Position numbers and translations under genes: made by a program. Positions 61,588 through 64,000 of a stretch of 64,000 nt of DNA are shown here, piece after piece. The notes below the pieces were generated by a model. The model had not been told where the DNA came from, did not search any database, and saw nothing but the letters and a program-made list of their open reading frames with translations. How positions within the stretch are numbered: the stretch's first letter is position 1; the number at the start of each line of letters is the position of its first letter. The stretch is from Nitrosopumilaceae archaeon (lineage in GTDB: Archaea > Thermoproteota > Nitrososphaeria > Nitrososphaerales > Nitrosopumilaceae): contig OZ242274.1 in the NCBI GenBank assembly GCA_965207375.1, forward strand, positions 256,001-320,000, read 5' to 3'.

Positions 61588-61752
61588 CTAGTTAATGCCG
61601 TCAAGCTTGTCTAATTCTTGTGGAATCCAAATTTGCGATTCAAGTGCACTTGTCATTATGACATGTTTGAGATCGTCTCGCTGTACTGCGTATAACTTTT
61701 GCAATTGTTCTTTTTTGATTTCTATTCTCCAATCCACTTGACAGATTTTCAT
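61588..61752 (-). CDS. Possible 54-aa hypothetical protein
   Basis: Hand-translated ORF MKICQVDWRIEIKKEQ.. downstream of the signal peptidase. Confidence 0.3.
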   Translation of the reverse strand: MKICQVDWRIEIKKEQLQKLYAVQRDDLKHVIMTSALESQIWIPQELDKLDGIN

Positions 61753-61786
61753 AGTTCACATGTGCCTCGCTATTGCCTTTTGTAAC

Positions 61787-62464
61787 CTACTTGTCCAAAG
61801 TATCCTGATCTAACTTGTTATCTAGTGCAGATTCTGAATGGCTTTTGTGTTCTGATTTTTTTTGAGAATCGTCTGTGGAATTTACATACTCTGAATCCTT
61901 TGGTATGTCTGTGTCCAATTTTACCGCATCTTCAATGTCAGAGTCATTTCTTGACTCTTTTTTATTGATAAACTGTCTTGCTATCAAAAATCCTACAATT
62001 ATTGCAATTATGATATAATTTAATGGAATTCCTCCTATCTGATGGGCAAAAATTCTTGTAATGAATCCTAGTTGTGGAATTACATAGACTACGGTTCCAA
62101 TGTATTCTTTGGCAGTAATTGGAAAGTCTGTTCCAGGAATTGCTGCAGGATTTGCATCTCCCTGGGTTCTTACCGTATATGGATCATCGTCTAGTATTGC
62201 TACCACCCTGTGCACAATCACCCTGTTGTGGTCTGATGGCCTGTCAAATACGATAACGTCTCCTACCTGTACCTGCTCAAATGGATCATTTCCCTGTACA
62301 ACTATAACATCATAAACCATCAGATGTGGCACCATGCTGCCACTTGATACTACATAAAACGGATTTTGAGTTCCAAATATTGCCATCAATACAAGCCATG
62401 CTATGGCAACTATAGCTATCACAATTAAGATCTCTTTGATCACTGCTGTTGATTTGATTCTCAA
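61787..62464 (-). CDS. Signal peptidase I (archaeal S26B type)
   Basis: VVSSGSMVP, GDVIVF, IVHRV and TQGDAN motifs. Confidence 0.93.
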   Translation of the reverse strand: MRIKSTAVIKEILIVIAIVAIAWLVLMAIFGTQNPFYVVSSGSMVPHLMVYDVIVVQGNDPFEQVQVGDVIVFDRPSDHNRVIVHRVVAILDDDPYTVRTQGDANPAAIPGTDFPITAKEYIGTVVYVIPQLGFITRIFAHQIGGIPLNYIIIAIIVGFLIARQFINKKESRNDSDIEDAVKLDTDIPKDSEYVNSTDDSQKKSEHKSHSESALDNKLDQDTLDK

Positions 62465-62480
62465 TTACCGACGGCTCTCC

Positions 62481-63218
62481 TTACTGCAAACTGTTACCGC
62501 ATTGTTCACAAAATTTGGCGTCTGCCTTGTTTACAAATCCACAACTAGAACATTTTCCGGGTTCATTTGCAGGCAACTGATGCGGATCTCCTAGCAATAT
62601 GATGTCGCCTACCGTCTTTACCTTGCTCCACGGTACGACACTCTCACCGCCGTCATCTTTTGTTATGATCAAAACTACCGTCTGTGATGAATCTATGCCT
62701 ACCTGTTTTGCAGTACCAATCTTCTTTGCATTTTCATCAAAGATTGTCATACCTGCAATTGAATTGACAGAATCATCTGTTTGTACAGTTTGCTCTGCTG
62801 CGGGCTCTTGCTCCTGTGTTGGTTGTATCTGTTCTGGTGCAGATACACCTGCATCTTCTGTATGTATCGGCTTTGCCATTCCTACCTCTTGTGCCTCATC
62901 AGTTTTCTTAAATTCTCTATATTCTGCAATTGCCGAGTTGCAGGTGTTGCACGTATATTGCCCGCGCTCCATCAAAACTAAATTGTCAGCTACCTGCTCA
63001 TTTGGATTTTCATAATTAATTTTCGGACTTGCCTCAAACTCTTTTTCGCACGTGTTGCAAAAATGTTTTGTAATGTTTTGTGCATCAATCCTGCCTATTG
63101 GAGCCAAAAACAAGTCAGGCCCTCCAAGGTTTCCCTTCATCTGCTGATCATCTGTGACCTTTGCCATTATATAGCCTCCAGAACCCCTTAATTTCTTTAA
63201 TCTTAATTCTGAGCTCAT
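62481..63218 (-). CDS. Conserved protein with zinc-binding, PRC-barrel and zinc-ribbon domains
   Basis: CNTC pairs, GMTIFDENAKKIG..VPWSKVKTVGDIILL, C-terminal AKFCEQCG. Confidence 0.82.
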   Translation of the reverse strand: MSSELRLKKLRGSGGYIMAKVTDDQQMKGNLGGPDLFLAPIGRIDAQNITKHFCNTCEKEFEASPKINYENPNEQVADNLVLMERGQYTCNTCNSAIAEYREFKKTDEAQEVGMAKPIHTEDAGVSAPEQIQPTQEQEPAAEQTVQTDDSVNSIAGMTIFDENAKKIGTAKQVGIDSSQTVVLIITKDDGGESVVPWSKVKTVGDIILLGDPHQLPANEPGKCSSCGFVNKADAKFCEQCGNSLQ

Positions 63219-63363
63219 GAGTAAAACTCTCTTAAAGCTCATTTAAGTATATTTCAGATTTGTATTGTACCAAAGGCAGGTCTGCCAGTCATTGACATTT
63301 CTATATGCATTTATGGCCATCTTTTCTGATCGCTTTTTGATATTTCGCTGCATCTGCCATTAT

Positions 63364-63464
63364 GTATTTGTTAACGTTGTTTTGCATTTATGGTAATTTT
63401 AGACACAAAATTACTTTGTTATCAAAAAATAGAACAAAAATCTAGACCTGATGTTAACATTTAC
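63364..63464 (+). mobile_element. 101-bp MITE with IS66-like ends (copy 2)
   Basis: Near-identical to 36789-36889; flanked by CCATTAT direct repeats (63357-63363, 63465-63471). Confidence 0.87.
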
Positions 63465-63621
63465 CCATTATGGTAATGTATCCCATCATGCCAAACCTCA
63501 CATGTATGGATTTTAGGCAATGTGATAGATACTGCAAGGCGTGCGTTTCTGGTATGGCAGAACCTACAGAACCATCACGTACCACTTAACATATTTAGGT
63601 ACGAATCAATCTACTTATACC

Positions 63622-63948
63622 ATGGTAGTATCCGATGTATCAGATGCAAAAACTTGGGAAACTGACGTCATCAATTCTGACATTCCAGTCTTTGTAGACT
63701 TTTGGGCAGAGTGGTGTGGTCCATGTAGGATGGTTTCACCTGTTATAGATGAGCTAGCAAATGATTATGATGGAAAAATAAAATTCGTCAAGGTAAACGT
63801 GGACAAGGCACAGGAACTAGCCTCAAAATACCAAGTGTATAGCATACCTACGCTGATTATTTTCAAAAATGGTGAGCTGGTAGGCCAGCAACTAGGCGCG
63901 GCATCAAAAGAATCCTATCAAGGAATGATTGATAGAGCTCTAGCATAA
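63622..63948 (+). CDS. trxA: Thioredoxin
   Basis: WCGPC active site; start moved to ATG 63622. Confidence 0.95.
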   Translation: MVVSDVSDAKTWETDVINSDIPVFVDFWAEWCGPCRMVSPVIDELANDYDGKIKFVKVNVDKAQELASKYQVYSIPTLIIFKNGELVGQQLGAASKESYQGMIDRALA

Positions 63949-64000
63949 TTTTAACTACTTTTTCTTGTTTTAAATTACAGTTAGACTATATGTTGTTGTT

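Noticed and set aside
1-64000. TnpB/IscB, IS110, reverse transcriptase or other RNA-guided systems
   Set aside because: No ORF shows RuvC, DEDD or RT motifs

Overview
Archaeal genomic DNA from an ammonia-oxidising Nitrosopumilaceae-like thaumarchaeote. The assignment rests on the adjacent ADP-forming 4-hydroxybutyryl-CoA synthetase/dehydratase pair plus the GINS-MCM-Hel308, SmAP-rpl37e and Alba genes. Core housekeeping blocks (about 10.3-30.1 kb, 36.9-50.3 kb, 52.8-56.5 kb, 61.8-64 kb) alternate with dense accessory zones (1-10 kb, 30.3-36.6 kb, 50.3-52.3 kb, 56.5-61.5 kb). The accessory zones hold IS5/ISL2-like, IS6-like, ISH3, IS630 and IS66 elements, at least five short MITE families, two toxin-antitoxin loci, a tyrosine recombinase and a secreted repeat protein. 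The IS load suggests a host-associated, possibly sponge, symbiont (inference only). Three observations stand out. (1) Two paralogous 'MKTLH' gene starts share a leader with a variable poly-C tract (C10 vs C7) between the TATA-like box and the ATG, a candidate phase-variation switch; the complete copy is a secreted protein with an unnamed triple His/Trp repeat. (2) An IS630-like element has two copies both flanked by 4-bp non-TA target duplications, and both sit in ISL2-like DNA. (3) The MITE families can be matched to cognate IS ends inside the window. All alignments and counts were done by eye; no database search was run.
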